From a virus (taxonomy: Duplodnaviria; Caudoviricetes), in IMG/VR virus record IMGVR_UViG_3300022866_000011, positions 1 to 52,658 of that record: a DNA stretch of 52,658 nt. The stretch is one strand, 5' to 3'. The position numbers and the translations under genes were made by a program. Every line of letters begins with the position of its first letter. Within the stretch, counting starts at the first letter, position 1. Positions 15,476 to 25,477 of this stretch are shown here, piece by piece. The notes beneath the pieces were generated by a model. The model ran no database searches. It had not been told where the DNA came from and was given only the letters and a program-made list of their open reading frames with translations.

Positions 15476-17227
15476 TTAGGGGGATCCCGCGGTGTTGCTG
15501 CCGTAGATGGTGACCTCGATGCTGCCGGTGTAATTGGCGGTATCGGGATCGATGAGGAGGTCGAGGTTGGTCGCGCCGGTGCCGCCGGGAACGCGGCTCG
15601 CGAAGTCGGCCTGCGTGTAGATCGTTTTCCCGGTCGAGTAGCTCGCCACGGTCTTGTATTGGTCGGCATCGGCGGAGGTGCCGATAGTCCAACCGTCGCC
15701 GGAGCTGGCGGCGTCGGGCACGAGCGAAATCATGGTCGGAACAAAGCCCGCCTCAAACGCTTTGCCGCCGGTGAGGGATTGCGCGGTGTGATTGGTGCCG
15801 TCCCATGATAGCGTGTGACTGATGACGACCTCAGAGACTCCGAGCGCGACCATCGGAGTGATACCCAGCAAGCGGCGGGACATGCGGCCTAGACGGTCAC
15901 CGGTAGCAAGGGCTGGCTGGTAGTATGGGTCGTCTATTAATCCCTCTTGCAAAAACACTACTTTATCAATTAACCAAACCGCGCTTGATGCCGCTCCAAA
16001 AACAGGGGCTGCATAGCCGGAGCTGCTAGTAATAATCCCAGACCACTCAAACTCAGTCCACCCGCTCGCGTCTCCAGATGCGACTGTTTTCAGGGATACG
16101 TAAGCGTTACCGAAATAGAGACTGCCCCCTGAAACGTGTTTTGCCGCAAAAGTAACTCTGCCATATTGACCGGGAGTCCATGGAGCCCCGAAGTTGTCGA
16201 GTCCGAAAGGCTCAGCCCTCAAATGGTTGTTCAGGGTTGAGGACAATGCACCCCCTCCGGTTAGCCTAAGAGAGTTAGCGCCAACGTAAGGATCGCTAGT
16301 TTCAGCTGATGTTGTGAGGTTCGCGCCGCCCCACCAATTGGCAAAAACGGAAGTCCCCTCGGAACCAGTCGTTTCAAATCCGCTATTCGCGATAGGATTT
16401 ACCGCACTACCCGCCTTAGTCGCCCACGTCGGCAGCTCGCCGGTGGTGCCCCACGTTGCGGACTCGGCGGTGCTAAGTGCGCCGATGATCGCTCGCACGT
16501 AGGGACTGCGACCTGCTGACCATTGATACCCCCATAGGTACTTGGTAGTTTCTAGAGCAGTTGGAATCCAGTTCGGAATTACTCCAGCGGTGCTGAGGGC
16601 AAAACTCCCTGTAACATCCACCCCATCGACCTCGATTCTGGGGCTCGTGGTGCTATTCCCTTCAGGGAAAACTATCGCCAATCGGAGTCCATTGCGACCC
16701 GAATAAGCCGTGCGGAAATCCGTGTAAATCAGGCGGCGATAATTACTTCCAGCTGCCCCATTTACTCGAATCTGCAGGCTTCCCCCGGTTGTAATATATG
16801 CGTATGAGGCATTGCTGGTCCCGCCCCCGGTCGAGAAGTTAGGAGAAGTAGAGTCTCCGATGTAAATGACGCCAGAATTTAAAGATGGGTCAGATGTGCC
16901 TACGTCTATGACCGCGAGAAATGACATTGGTAAACCAGCCACGTCCCCAATCGCACCCGGCGTTAGGATCTCGCCACGGTTCGCCGTCGCCCCGTCGCTG
17001 ATGCCGTAGCCTGCCATTTGCCGGGCGGCGAATTGCGACGACACACTGCCAACATCGAGGCCATTGACCGTCAGAGTCCCATCGACCGTCAGAGCCCGTC
17101 CTTCAGGGATTACCAAATCCTCTGTAATTTCATCATTGCCCGGACTCTTCTTGACCGTCTCCACTTGACCGAAGAGCAGTCCGGCTAAGAGTGCCCAAAG
17201 CACCAAATATTGTGTAATGATTTTCAT
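15476..17227 (-). CDS. tail fibre / receptor-binding-like protein with carbohydrate-binding-like domain (start revised to 17227)
   Basis: Gly/Ser/Thr-rich beta protein; NPIANSGFE...WLIDKV CBM-like; ATG at 17227 avoids overlap with the upstream gene; signal-peptide-like leader. Confidence 0.6.
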   Translation of the reverse strand: MKIITQYLVLWALLAGLLFGQVETVKKSPGNDEITEDLVIPEGRALTVDGTLTVNGLDVGSVSSQFAARQMAGYGISDGATANRGEILTPGAIGDVAGLPMSFLAVIDVGTSDPSLNSGVIYIGDSTSPNFSTGGGTSNASYAYITTGGSLQIRVNGAAGSNYRRLIYTDFRTAYSGRNGLRLAIVFPEGNSTTSPRIEVDGVDVTGSFALSTAGVIPNWIPTALETTKYLWGYQWSAGRSPYVRAIIGALSTAESATWGTTGELPTWATKAGSAVNPIANSGFETTGSEGTSVFANWWGGANLTTSAETSDPYVGANSLRLTGGGALSSTLNNHLRAEPFGLDNFGAPWTPGQYGRVTFAAKHVSGGSLYFGNAYVSLKTVASGDASGWTEFEWSGIITSSSGYAAPVFGAASSAVWLIDKVVFLQEGLIDDPYYQPALATGDRLGRMSRRLLGITPMVALGVSEVVISHTLSWDGTNHTAQSLTGGKAFEAGFVPTMISLVPDAASSGDGWTIGTSADADQYKTVASYSTGKTIYTQADFASRVPGGTGATNLDLLIDPDTANYTGSIEVTIYGSNTAGSP

Positions 17228-17246
17228 AATAGTGTTTCCCTTTCCG

Positions 17247-17603
17247 TTAGCTGACCTGGAGCCAGACAAACTCATTCGTAGTCGTTGCATAGTCGTCTGG
17301 ACGAATAATACCGCCTGCGACATTCTCTGCGGAATCGTCATCCGTTAGCTTCCAAGACGACAGCACAAAGTTTTGAACCACGAACCGAACAGAGTTCTCA
17401 GCAATCGCGCCTCCAGCAGTTGCCAGTCCATCTAGGGAGCCAGCTTCTCCGCCAGTTAAATCAGAAAGCGCAGCGCTCATGGCCCCGAAATCATCGGGAG
17501 CAATAGGGTCGCTGCCACCTGATGCATGCGTCGAAGCATGAGCTGCAGGGGCACCTCCTGAGCTAATCCCCGGTGAATATCCTAATCCTCCTTGTGATCT
17601 CAT
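17247..17603 (-). CDS. tail-associated hypothetical protein
   Basis: AHASTHASGGSDPI motif often seen in phage fibre proteins. Confidence 0.6.
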   Translation of the reverse strand: MRSQGGLGYSPGISSGGAPAAHASTHASGGSDPIAPDDFGAMSAALSDLTGGEAGSLDGLATAGGAIAENSVRFVVQNFVLSSWKLTDDDSAENVAGGIIRPDDYATTTNEFVWLQVS

Positions 17604-17621
17604 TTTATGGGTCTCCTTTTT

Positions 17622-17915
17622 TTAGTTGGTGAATCGAAGGTGGACGAAGCTAACGAACACCTGAGCATTATCGCCGTCAGTGCGTCGCACCGCTACCTCC
17701 GAAAGATTAGCGGAAAGTCCGAGCACCAATCCGGCTCCATTTGGTATCGGAACAGCGATTTCGCTATTGGCCGTCTTCACGTCAATCTCGGTGCCGGACC
17801 GGTTAATGATTTGAACCTCGTGCGCAAGAGCGTCCCCGAGATTAATGTAAGCATCACCAGTAGTAGTAGTCAGAACGCGACCGGTCGTTGAAATGTGTGG
17901 AATTGCGGATTTCAT
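17622..17915 (-). CDS. small beta-rich virion-associated protein
   Basis: ORF track; position in the structural operon. Confidence 0.6.
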   Translation of the reverse strand: MKSAIPHISTTGRVLTTTTGDAYINLGDALAHEVQIINRSGTEIDVKTANSEIAVPIPNGAGLVLGLSANLSEVAVRRTDGDNAQVFVSFVHLRFTN

Positions 17916-17960
17916 GATTTATTATATTACTGGTAAAACTGAGGCGCTCCTAGTATTTAA

Positions 17961-18473
17961 TTAAAACGACCTGATGGAAACGTTAGTTGCGCTTGTGCGG
18001 ACAATACTAATACGAATCGCATGTAATTCACGAAAGTTAATATCATACTGCTGAGTGACTCCAGTCCCTCCCGAAAGGCCAACTGAACGGTCTGAGCTTT
18101 TATTAACAAGGAGACAATCAATACTCTGGTAATCTGCAGTCAAACCCAAGCCGGCGATCAGATTCACGGCACTATCAGTCGTGTCCGCTCGATTTGATCC
18201 GTTCGGATCACGCTCAATGACTCCGGTGGCAAAATTAGCTGCGGAATACACTGCATTCCCTTCCGTAGAAATGACAGCAGCAGCAGCCCGAGGAGATACC
18301 TTTAACCGGCCCGTCTCAATGGTGTCGATCCGCTCATTATGATTAAAAAGCACCTGAGCAGCGCAAATCTCGAAGGTATTAAAAACTTTGCTCACCGAAA
18401 AAACCAACGAGCTCAGGAGGTGTTGCAAGTTGCGGAGGGGCGTGCGGGAGGAATTAAACGGAGATGTGCTCAT
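17961..18473 (-). CDS. hypothetical virion protein
   Basis: ORF track; position in the structural operon. Confidence 0.6.
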   Translation of the reverse strand: MSTSPFNSSRTPLRNLQHLLSSLVFSVSKVFNTFEICAAQVLFNHNERIDTIETGRLKVSPRAAAAVISTEGNAVYSAANFATGVIERDPNGSNRADTTDSAVNLIAGLGLTADYQSIDCLLVNKSSDRSVGLSGGTGVTQQYDINFRELHAIRISIVRTSATNVSIRSF

Positions 18474-18493
18474 GATGTAATGATTTTAGTAAA

Positions 18494-19369
18494 TTAAAAA
18501 TAGGCAGGCGTTCCCACCCGGGATATTTGGAGATGCATGTGAGGAGGGAGGCGGCTGGGAATACTTCGACCAGCCAGAGCGTCGCTCTCTGCCTTCGCAG
18601 GCGTCACCGCGTCCCAGCCCTTAAGACCCGACATGTGAGCGCCCACGATTTGGATAAACGCCTCAACGCAAGAATCAGGAATCGGCAAAACTCCATTTGC
18701 GGCAATATCGGCAAAAAGAGCACGACGCGGAAGATAGGATGCACGCACCCTAATCCGGTAGGCCCGATCGGGAACTGGCAGCAGGCGGATCGCGATCATG
18801 GGATCCAACCCTTGGCTGGTTCCCTGCTGCTCGATCCAGTAATAACGAGGACGCCCGACACTCGCCGTCACTCCCGCAATTTCCTGTTTATCAATCTGGC
18901 TCTGTTGCAAAAGCCGAAGCGGATGAGCTTGCGCCCCATCTAAGAGCACCGGGTCCGAGACCAGCCGCACAAAGGGGTAGTCGTCGCCAAAAATGAAATC
19001 GTGATAAAGTATCCCGGCCTCGGCCCCTGTCGCCCCAAGCCAAACGTCGCGAAACGCATTGATCGCCGCCACCCGGTGCCAAAGCGGATCCGCACTCGAA
19101 ACAAAAGTCTTCCCAATGTCGGCAGTAGCAAAATCGTCCGCCGTCAATGTAGCAGATCCCTCTGTCGCATTCACCGTTTGATTGGCCGGCGCTTCCACTG
19201 AGAGCGACAATGGCTTGATCTTGTAACCCTCCGGCAGCAGCGAATACAGCTCCTGCATCCCCGCGTTCAGCCCTTCGAGAGCCTCCTGCGTCTCAGCCGC
19301 TGATAACGCCGAATATGCCCGAGATGAATACCGACGTGAGATACGTGAAAGTGCCTCAACAATAGTCAT
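18494..19369 (-). CDS. head-tail adaptor / tail tubular-like protein
   Basis: ALEGLNAGMQEL...GRPRYYW...IRLLPVPDRAYRI...LPIPD adaptor-like pattern. Confidence 0.6.
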   Translation of the reverse strand: MTIVEALSRISRRYSSRAYSALSAAETQEALEGLNAGMQELYSLLPEGYKIKPLSLSVEAPANQTVNATEGSATLTADDFATADIGKTFVSSADPLWHRVAAINAFRDVWLGATGAEAGILYHDFIFGDDYPFVRLVSDPVLLDGAQAHPLRLLQQSQIDKQEIAGVTASVGRPRYYWIEQQGTSQGLDPMIAIRLLPVPDRAYRIRVRASYLPRRALFADIAANGVLPIPDSCVEAFIQIVGAHMSGLKGWDAVTPAKAESDALAGRSIPSRLPPHMHLQISRVGTPAYF

Positions 19370-20070
19370 CGTTTAGCCTCCCTCTTCAAAGGTTTCTCTG
19401 GATCCGCAATCCCCAAGATCGCCATCGCCTGATCTGCATCAGCCTGAATCCGCACCTCAAGCTCCTCGCGGCTAAAATAGGACGAGCGAGTGATCGCCAG
19501 CCGCACCAATGGCAGCAAAAGAGACTCCACGTAGCCATCAGCAACCTGCACCGCATCGGTAGAGGTTAAATCAGCCGTCACGTAGACAGTAGGCTCAAGT
19601 ATTCCGTCCACTATCACCGGCGAATGATTCGTAACCGCGCCAGAATCTGGCGTAGGAACGATCGACAGGATAATGTCATGCACGTCGTCGCCGGTCTGCC
19701 GCAAATCGTCCACAAAGTAGGCAATCGGCGCTGCGTTAGAAAGGGTCCGAACAGTTTGACCAAGGTAGATCAGACCAAACTCCTCCATCTCGCCCCGCGT
19801 ATCAATCCGCCGCAAAGGGACACCCGCAGCAGAGATAACCGGACCAATCAGCGACTGCACCGAATCCTCCATCGTGTAGGTCCCCGTTCCCTCGATCAGC
19901 GTAACCGGAATGCGCTGCCGGGTAAAATACTCCGTGCCGGAGCGCCACAGCATCTGCTGCCCCCAGTTGATCGCCTGCAGCACATCCTGTAAAACATCCG
20001 CAGAGGCATCAGCATAAACGATTCCCAACTTACCCAGCGCATCATCGCGCAATTCAACCACGGTCATCAT
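19366..20070 (-). CDS. head-tail adaptor-like protein (apparent paralog of the downstream gene)
   Basis: VLQAINWGQQML...GTGTYTM...APIAYFV...IVPTPD. Confidence 0.6.
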   Translation of the reverse strand: MMTVVELRDDALGKLGIVYADASADVLQDVLQAINWGQQMLWRSGTEYFTRQRIPVTLIEGTGTYTMEDSVQSLIGPVISAAGVPLRRIDTRGEMEEFGLIYLGQTVRTLSNAAPIAYFVDDLRQTGDDVHDIILSIVPTPDSGAVTNHSPVIVDGILEPTVYVTADLTSTDAVQVADGYVESLLLPLVRLAITRSSYFSREELEVRIQADADQAMAILGIADPEKPLKREAKR

Positions 20071-20474
20071 TTGGACGATCCTCCCCGCTTCTTCTTTTTC
20101 CGTGCTGGAGCGGGAACTACTGGAGTCAATATGGAGTCCATCGCCGCATGCTCCGACACAAGCGTTGCCAGGTTCTCCGCCAAAGCTCCGGCCTTATTGT
20201 AACCCTTCCACTTCTTCAGCGATCCCTCCAACTGTGAAACCGTATCCTGAGCCGCGCTCGTTGCGGCCACCTCTTGCGCCTCCTCGACCACCAAGGCAAA
20301 CGGAGCCAGGTCCGAGTTGTTCGTGATCACAGCCTGTGACTCCCGATTAAACTCCTCCACTCCCAACTCCCGCCCCTGCCAAATATGGACATCCCTCACC
20401 GCATCATATCGAAACGACCGCACCGAATGTCCGTGCAGGTTCAACTTCTTACGAATGCAGATAATCAATTTCAT
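20067..20474 (-). CDS. hypothetical protein downstream of the capsid gene
   Basis: ORF track; ATGA coupling; basic tail. Confidence 0.6.
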   Translation of the reverse strand: MKLIICIRKKLNLHGHSVRSFRYDAVRDVHIWQGRELGVEEFNRESQAVITNNSDLAPFALVVEEAQEVAATSAAQDTVSQLEGSLKKWKGYNKAGALAENLATLVSEHAAMDSILTPVVPAPARKKKKRGGSSK

Positions 20475-20483
20475 TGTTCACCC

Positions 20484-20517
20484 AGAAAGCCGGCCTCGGG
20501 ATTAACCAAGACCGGCT
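20484..20517 (-). terminator. probable terminator after the major capsid gene
   Basis: Minus strand AGCCGGTCTTGG-loop-CCGAGGCCGGCT followed by TTCT. Confidence 0.55.
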
Positions 20518-20538
20518 GAAACTAGCAGAGGCTTAACC

Positions 20539-22020
20539 TCAAGTGACCGTCGGAAGACCGAGACCCGCGTAGTTCAACGCGTGGCGAACCCGGATATAAC
20601 CCGGAATCCGACCCAGCGTGTCCTTGCGCAACGCCTGCCCAAAGACCGAGCTGATGTAGCGATAATGAACAAAATCGCCGTTCTTCGACTCGCTGGAGCG
20701 TTTGTTCCGATACTTACCGTAACCACGCAGGGCTGCATTAGCCCCCATGATTACCGTATCACCGATAGGAACACCCTTTGCATTACAAGGGATGATCGTC
20801 GCACCAACCTCATGGACATCGGTGTGCTTGCCATTCCACACGCCGGCGTTCCAATCGACCTCACCAACGGTATCATTTCGGATACCCGCAGTGGCAGAAC
20901 CGAGACGCTTCGACACCGTAATCTTGTTGCCGTTGTTACCCACGGTGAATGCATACATGCCGACCTTGCCATCTTGGTCTGAGCCAGAACCGCGAGGATT
21001 CACAATGAGGAAGTACTTCTCAACCGTGCTGGCCGTAAGCAAATCACCAGCCATCATCTCGAAGTCATGACCCTCAAAATACTTAAAGTAGAGAGGCGTA
21101 GTCAGCGCACCGTAGGTGATATTACCACCGCCCTTGACGTCAAAAGCCTCCGTGCCAGCCGTAATAGCAGCACCGAGAAACGCCTTGGGATTCCAAGGGG
21201 AACCCACAGCGCCAGCGCCATCGTGATCGATCGGATTGAACCGCTTGATGCGATTACCACGAACGTCCACGAAGCCACCATCGAAGACCGCATTGCTGTC
21301 ACCACGGACACCGGCCTCGCGCAGAACCTGCTTGAAATCAGCATCGACCTCGAGACTGAACAACCCAGGAGTCGTGCCAGCCACGATGTAACGATAGATC
21401 GCGTTGCGACCCTTATCGTAACCCATGAGAGCCGGACGACCGCCCATCGGTTGGAGTTGCGCCTGAGCCGAGACAATCTCGTCCCAGTTTAGGCCATCGG
21501 CAGACACGATCTCAGCCTCCGCCATTCGTCCGCCACCGAATACCAAATTCGGCGAGAGACCACGCTCGCGAAAGAGCATCATCATCCGGGCGGACTTTTC
21601 ACGGCCCATCCATCTGCCCAACTCAGCAGCCTGACCGCCACGCAGCTCGCCGCGCATGCCCATGACTTCCTCGGTCCGCTCAGTCATCGACGTAGCGTTA
21701 CGTAAAAAATCCACAGACAGCGTGTAGCTGTTGATGCGATCAACCTCGTAGTCGGAAGTCTCTTCGAAAAGAGCGTCGCCACTTTTGCCCTCGCCGTAAT
21801 AACCGGCGCGATTGGTGATGGTCATCGTCTGACCGGCACCCTTAGATGTGTCGTTTTTGATGAGGACGGGGGAGCCTTTGCCCTTACCCTCGAACTGATC
21901 GAAGAAATCCTCGGTCTGTTCGAACATATCCACGGTTTTCTGCCAAAGCTTCCGCACTGAACCGTCGTCCATTGTCGAAAGCGCGTCCCCAGTGTTGGGG
22001 GATACTTCACTATAAGCCAT
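20539..22020 (-). CDS. major capsid protein, N4-gp56/DUF4043-like
   Basis: VRKLW...SPVLIKNDTSKGAGQTMT...LSVDFLRNA; follows the scaffold; terminator downstream. Confidence 0.8.
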   Translation of the reverse strand: MAYSEVSPNTGDALSTMDDGSVRKLWQKTVDMFEQTEDFFDQFEGKGKGSPVLIKNDTSKGAGQTMTITNRAGYYGEGKSGDALFEETSDYEVDRINSYTLSVDFLRNATSMTERTEEVMGMRGELRGGQAAELGRWMGREKSARMMMLFRERGLSPNLVFGGGRMAEAEIVSADGLNWDEIVSAQAQLQPMGGRPALMGYDKGRNAIYRYIVAGTTPGLFSLEVDADFKQVLREAGVRGDSNAVFDGGFVDVRGNRIKRFNPIDHDGAGAVGSPWNPKAFLGAAITAGTEAFDVKGGGNITYGALTTPLYFKYFEGHDFEMMAGDLLTASTVEKYFLIVNPRGSGSDQDGKVGMYAFTVGNNGNKITVSKRLGSATAGIRNDTVGEVDWNAGVWNGKHTDVHEVGATIIPCNAKGVPIGDTVIMGANAALRGYGKYRNKRSSESKNGDFVHYRYISSVFGQALRKDTLGRIPGYIRVRHALNYAGLGLPTVT

Positions 22021-22081
22021 TTTTCTGATCTCCTTAAGTTAACTGCCGGAGTCAGCCTACTGATTAACTGGATCCGGGGGA

Positions 22082-23263
22082 TTACCCCGTATCGATGCTG
22101 ATACCCAATGCCTCCATAGCTCGCGCTAGGTCGGCAGGGCTCTTGATCGAATCCAGCGTCTGAGTAAGCTGATCCTTCCCATTAGATTGTGTGCTCGTCC
22201 GGGAACTTCCCGACGCGAGCTGAACTTTTTGGGCGGACTCAACTGGGGCGGATTTTTTGGCTTCTTTAGAAGGCGCTGCGGTCTTTTTGGACTTAGGCGC
22301 AATGCGCAACTCGGATGCCACCATTTGCGCGAGCTTCAGCGGCTTGTCAGGATCATTGAACAGCGGGTCGCCGTTCTCCTTCAAAGTCGCATCAATCTCA
22401 CGCAAACGAACCATCGCTGCGCTCTTGGAATCTTTCAGAAAATCGTATAGCCCGTGGGCTTTTGCCGTAGCCGCATCAAACGACTCATCGTAAAGACGAG
22501 TCTCCGCCGACTGCTTCTGTGACGCTTTACCGTGCTCTTCTCGATCGATCACTATCAAGTGATCCCGCAGGTCGTCGATCTCTTGGTCTAGGCGGTCCGC
22601 CTTAGCCAAATCCAACTCCTCGGTCATCGCTTTGCTCCTTTCAGTACGCAGCTCCTTGATTTTGAGACGTGTGGCATCTGTGGTCGAGGGTAGGCCATCC
22701 GCCCGCTCTTCCTCCGTATCCTCGGCCTTCGAATCTTCGGTATTGCTACCTGAAGTTTCACGCCGCGCACGTTCGAGACACTCGTCAAGAGACATATCGC
22801 GATTGAACTTCTTCAGCTCAAGCGCTCGCTCCTCTACTGCATCACTCCCTCGGATCCTGAACTGCTTACGATGTGCGGAGGCGTCGCCTTCCGTTTCGTC
22901 TTCGTCTTCGTCTTCCTCGGGTTTCTCGGCACTATCGGAACCTTCCGGCTCCTCATCTTCCTTTTCTTCTAATTTTGCCGCCCCTTCGTTGGTTTCCGTT
23001 TCTTCCAATTGCTCGGTTTCTTCGGTCTCCTCCGTTTCAATAACATCAGTCGGCTTTTCTTTCGCTTCCCCCTGGGGGACTTCAATCCCTCCAGAATTCA
23101 CGTCATCAAGCAAACTAAGGATATCGGCGGGGTTTTCCGCTGAGTCGAGTCGCGACGTAAAGTCGTTACCCTGTGCAACCTCTACCACCGTCGCCGCTGT
23201 ATTATCATCGGTGCCGGTGTCTGTTTCGGGATCGGCGACAGCCTGATCTGAAGAAATTGCCAT
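22082..23263 (-). CDS. capsid scaffolding protein
   Basis: Very acidic N-terminal half, helical C-terminal half, immediately upstream of the capsid gene. Confidence 0.7.
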   Translation of the reverse strand: MAISSDQAVADPETDTGTDDNTAATVVEVAQGNDFTSRLDSAENPADILSLLDDVNSGGIEVPQGEAKEKPTDVIETEETEETEQLEETETNEGAAKLEEKEDEEPEGSDSAEKPEEDEDEDETEGDASAHRKQFRIRGSDAVEERALELKKFNRDMSLDECLERARRETSGSNTEDSKAEDTEEERADGLPSTTDATRLKIKELRTERSKAMTEELDLAKADRLDQEIDDLRDHLIVIDREEHGKASQKQSAETRLYDESFDAATAKAHGLYDFLKDSKSAAMVRLREIDATLKENGDPLFNDPDKPLKLAQMVASELRIAPKSKKTAAPSKEAKKSAPVESAQKVQLASGSSRTSTQSNGKDQLTQTLDSIKSPADLARAMEALGISIDTG

Positions 23264-23284
23264 AGATTACTCGATATTCCTAAA

Positions 23285-23318
23285 GATGCCTGATCGTCAA
23301 CGTTGATTTTTGTTCAAC
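23285..23318. promoter_or_regulatory. tandem GTTGA-N7-TCAAC element, copy 2
   Basis: GATGC-CTGATCG-TCAAC-GTTGA-TTTTTGT-TCAAC in a divergent gap. Confidence 0.65.
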
Positions 23319-23338
23319 TTTCTATCACAACGGTTCAC

Positions 23339-25474
23339 ATGGCACTCGTTGATCGCAGAAACCGACCACCAATCGTGAATCGTCTCTACGGTGGACGACT
23401 ACGAATCACCTACCGTTCAGACGTGATCAACAGCGTCGACACCAAGGCCGAGCTACTGGCCAGCGTGCTCCTCGAACCCAAGACTGCCGACAGTAAGCAC
23501 ACCGAGTGCCTCATTGTTTCCCAGGATTTAGCCGGCGGTGAACTCAACAAACCCAACACCCTGATCCAGGTATTCGAGACGTTGACCACAGCAATGGTCG
23601 ATGAGATCCAGCCGATTACCGACACAGATGTAAACGCGAGAGAGTCCATTACTCGCACACTCATTGGTCAGCCCGACGTGGATATCTCCGCCATATCGAT
23701 CGGCAGCATTTACAACTCATCATACGCCGCCACGCAGATCGTAAACCAATCTGACGAGTTTCGGCGCCAGCTAAAAGTAAAATACCTCGAGGTTGAACTC
23801 TCTGAAACCCAAATAGGGGGCGACCAACGAATCGACACGGAAAACGGACGAACTGCATTTGTCCGAACATTCGTGCAACTATCCGCCGCCACCTACGTTC
23901 CGGGCGACGTCGGTGACATTAGCACGATCGACTCGCTCAGTGTTGCCCTGTCCGACATAAAGAGCGAAACGTCCGGTGCAGTCCGCACCATCTCCCGAAC
24001 ATACATTACGGCCGGCAAACTCTCCGAAAGCACCAAAGACTCGAGCAACGGTAAGCTCATAGTAAAATCACTCGTTTTCTTCAACGAAATCCCATCAACG
24101 CCGTCCGGATTTACGCTCACCGATACCAGCGTAAAAAACCCCGATGGATCGCCAACATACTCATACCAATTTGCCAAAGGAGTCGGTCGCATCTCCACCA
24201 AAGAAAGCACCCGTCAAAAGGGGCAGGTCAAGATCACGTCGATCCAGTATCTCGGCGCCGACGATGCCACCACCCCGTCCGGCAACCTGATCGACAGCGA
24301 CGTCACCGAAAAAGATGGTTACGTCCTCACCTCCCAAGCCTACGCTGAAATTGTCGGTACTGGATACTTGGTCAACGACGTCCAAACAAAGGAAGGCGGC
24401 AAACTCGTCATCTACAACCAAGTGCGTGTAGGGAGCCTGCCAGCAACTCCGACTCAAACGATCGGCGGCAGCGTCGTCTTGATCGACGAATCCACCAGAG
24501 AGGAAGACGGATACACGGTCTACAACCGGAAATGGGCTGAAGGTAACGGTCAAGTCTCCCAGGTCGACCAAACGCGCCGAGGTGGGGCTATACTGATCCG
24601 ACGTATCCGGCATATTGTGGCGCTGGCTGCATCCAACCCGATTTCGACGCCTGCCGATTACACGGCGATTCGGGCTGACTACCAAGATCAAGACGGTATA
24701 AGGATATGGACTGCGGAATTCGTTAAAGGCACTGGCCTGATTTCGTCGGTTACCAGAGACGGTAAGATTCCTGGCACAAAGGTTGTCACGAATACGGCGT
24801 TTGGTGCGGCGAACGTCCCGAGCGGGGTATTGATTGGGAGCGAAGATCGCGAGGACGATGGATATATCGTCTACGTCCGGACAGCGATTCAGGGCACGCT
24901 CGTCGAAGAGAAATATACCTATACCGATTTAGTGAACGTGACGATTCCCGGCACGGTGAACCTTACGACCGAGAGCGTTCCTGATGGCACCGTAGCAATC
25001 GCGGAGGTCGTTCCGCCGTCATCGAAGCAAGTGCTGGCGACTGTCACCGTTGAAATCGTGACGACTCCACCGACGGCAGGGACCGCGGCCTACGACATCG
25101 GGCAAATATCCTGCGCCGTGACGTTTATCCGAACCGAAGAACTCTATGTCGGCACTCAAGTAATCGGTGCCGGCACTGCGAACACGATCTCCACGGAGAT
25201 ATACCGCACATTATCGAGCGTGAGGCAGGCCGAATACCGCGGTTGCTATCTTTCAGGAGGAGGATCGGCGACGGGAACGCAGGAATACGATACCACTGAC
25301 TCCGAATCTGACACCTACACTAATACTATCACCACAAAGGCCAAAGGCACCGGCGCCACGTCCAACACCAGCTCGCAGTATGGCATCTTACGCCGCAACG
25401 TGCGTCCGGTGCTCACTGCGCTTGATGGCACGAACTACTTCGAGGTCGTAACGTGGGAACTGATTGAGCCCTAA
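23339..25474 (+). CDS. beta-repeat protein, probably structural (start revised to ATG 23339)
   Basis: About five ~60-aa repeats of the form TP.G..I....DG...Y...A.G.G. Confidence 0.75.
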   Translation: MALVDRRNRPPIVNRLYGGRLRITYRSDVINSVDTKAELLASVLLEPKTADSKHTECLIVSQDLAGGELNKPNTLIQVFETLTTAMVDEIQPITDTDVNARESITRTLIGQPDVDISAISIGSIYNSSYAATQIVNQSDEFRRQLKVKYLEVELSETQIGGDQRIDTENGRTAFVRTFVQLSAATYVPGDVGDISTIDSLSVALSDIKSETSGAVRTISRTYITAGKLSESTKDSSNGKLIVKSLVFFNEIPSTPSGFTLTDTSVKNPDGSPTYSYQFAKGVGRISTKESTRQKGQVKITSIQYLGADDATTPSGNLIDSDVTEKDGYVLTSQAYAEIVGTGYLVNDVQTKEGGKLVIYNQVRVGSLPATPTQTIGGSVVLIDESTREEDGYTVYNRKWAEGNGQVSQVDQTRRGGAILIRRIRHIVALAASNPISTPADYTAIRADYQDQDGIRIWTAEFVKGTGLISSVTRDGKIPGTKVVTNTAFGAANVPSGVLIGSEDREDDGYIVYVRTAIQGTLVEEKYTYTDLVNVTIPGTVNLTTESVPDGTVAIAEVVPPSSKQVLATVTVEIVTTPPTAGTAAYDIGQISCAVTFIRTEELYVGTQVIGAGTANTISTEIYRTLSSVRQAEYRGCYLSGGGSATGTQEYDTTDSESDTYTNTITTKAKGTGATSNTSSQYGILRRNVRPVLTALDGTNYFEVVTWELIEP

Positions 25475-25477
25475 TCA

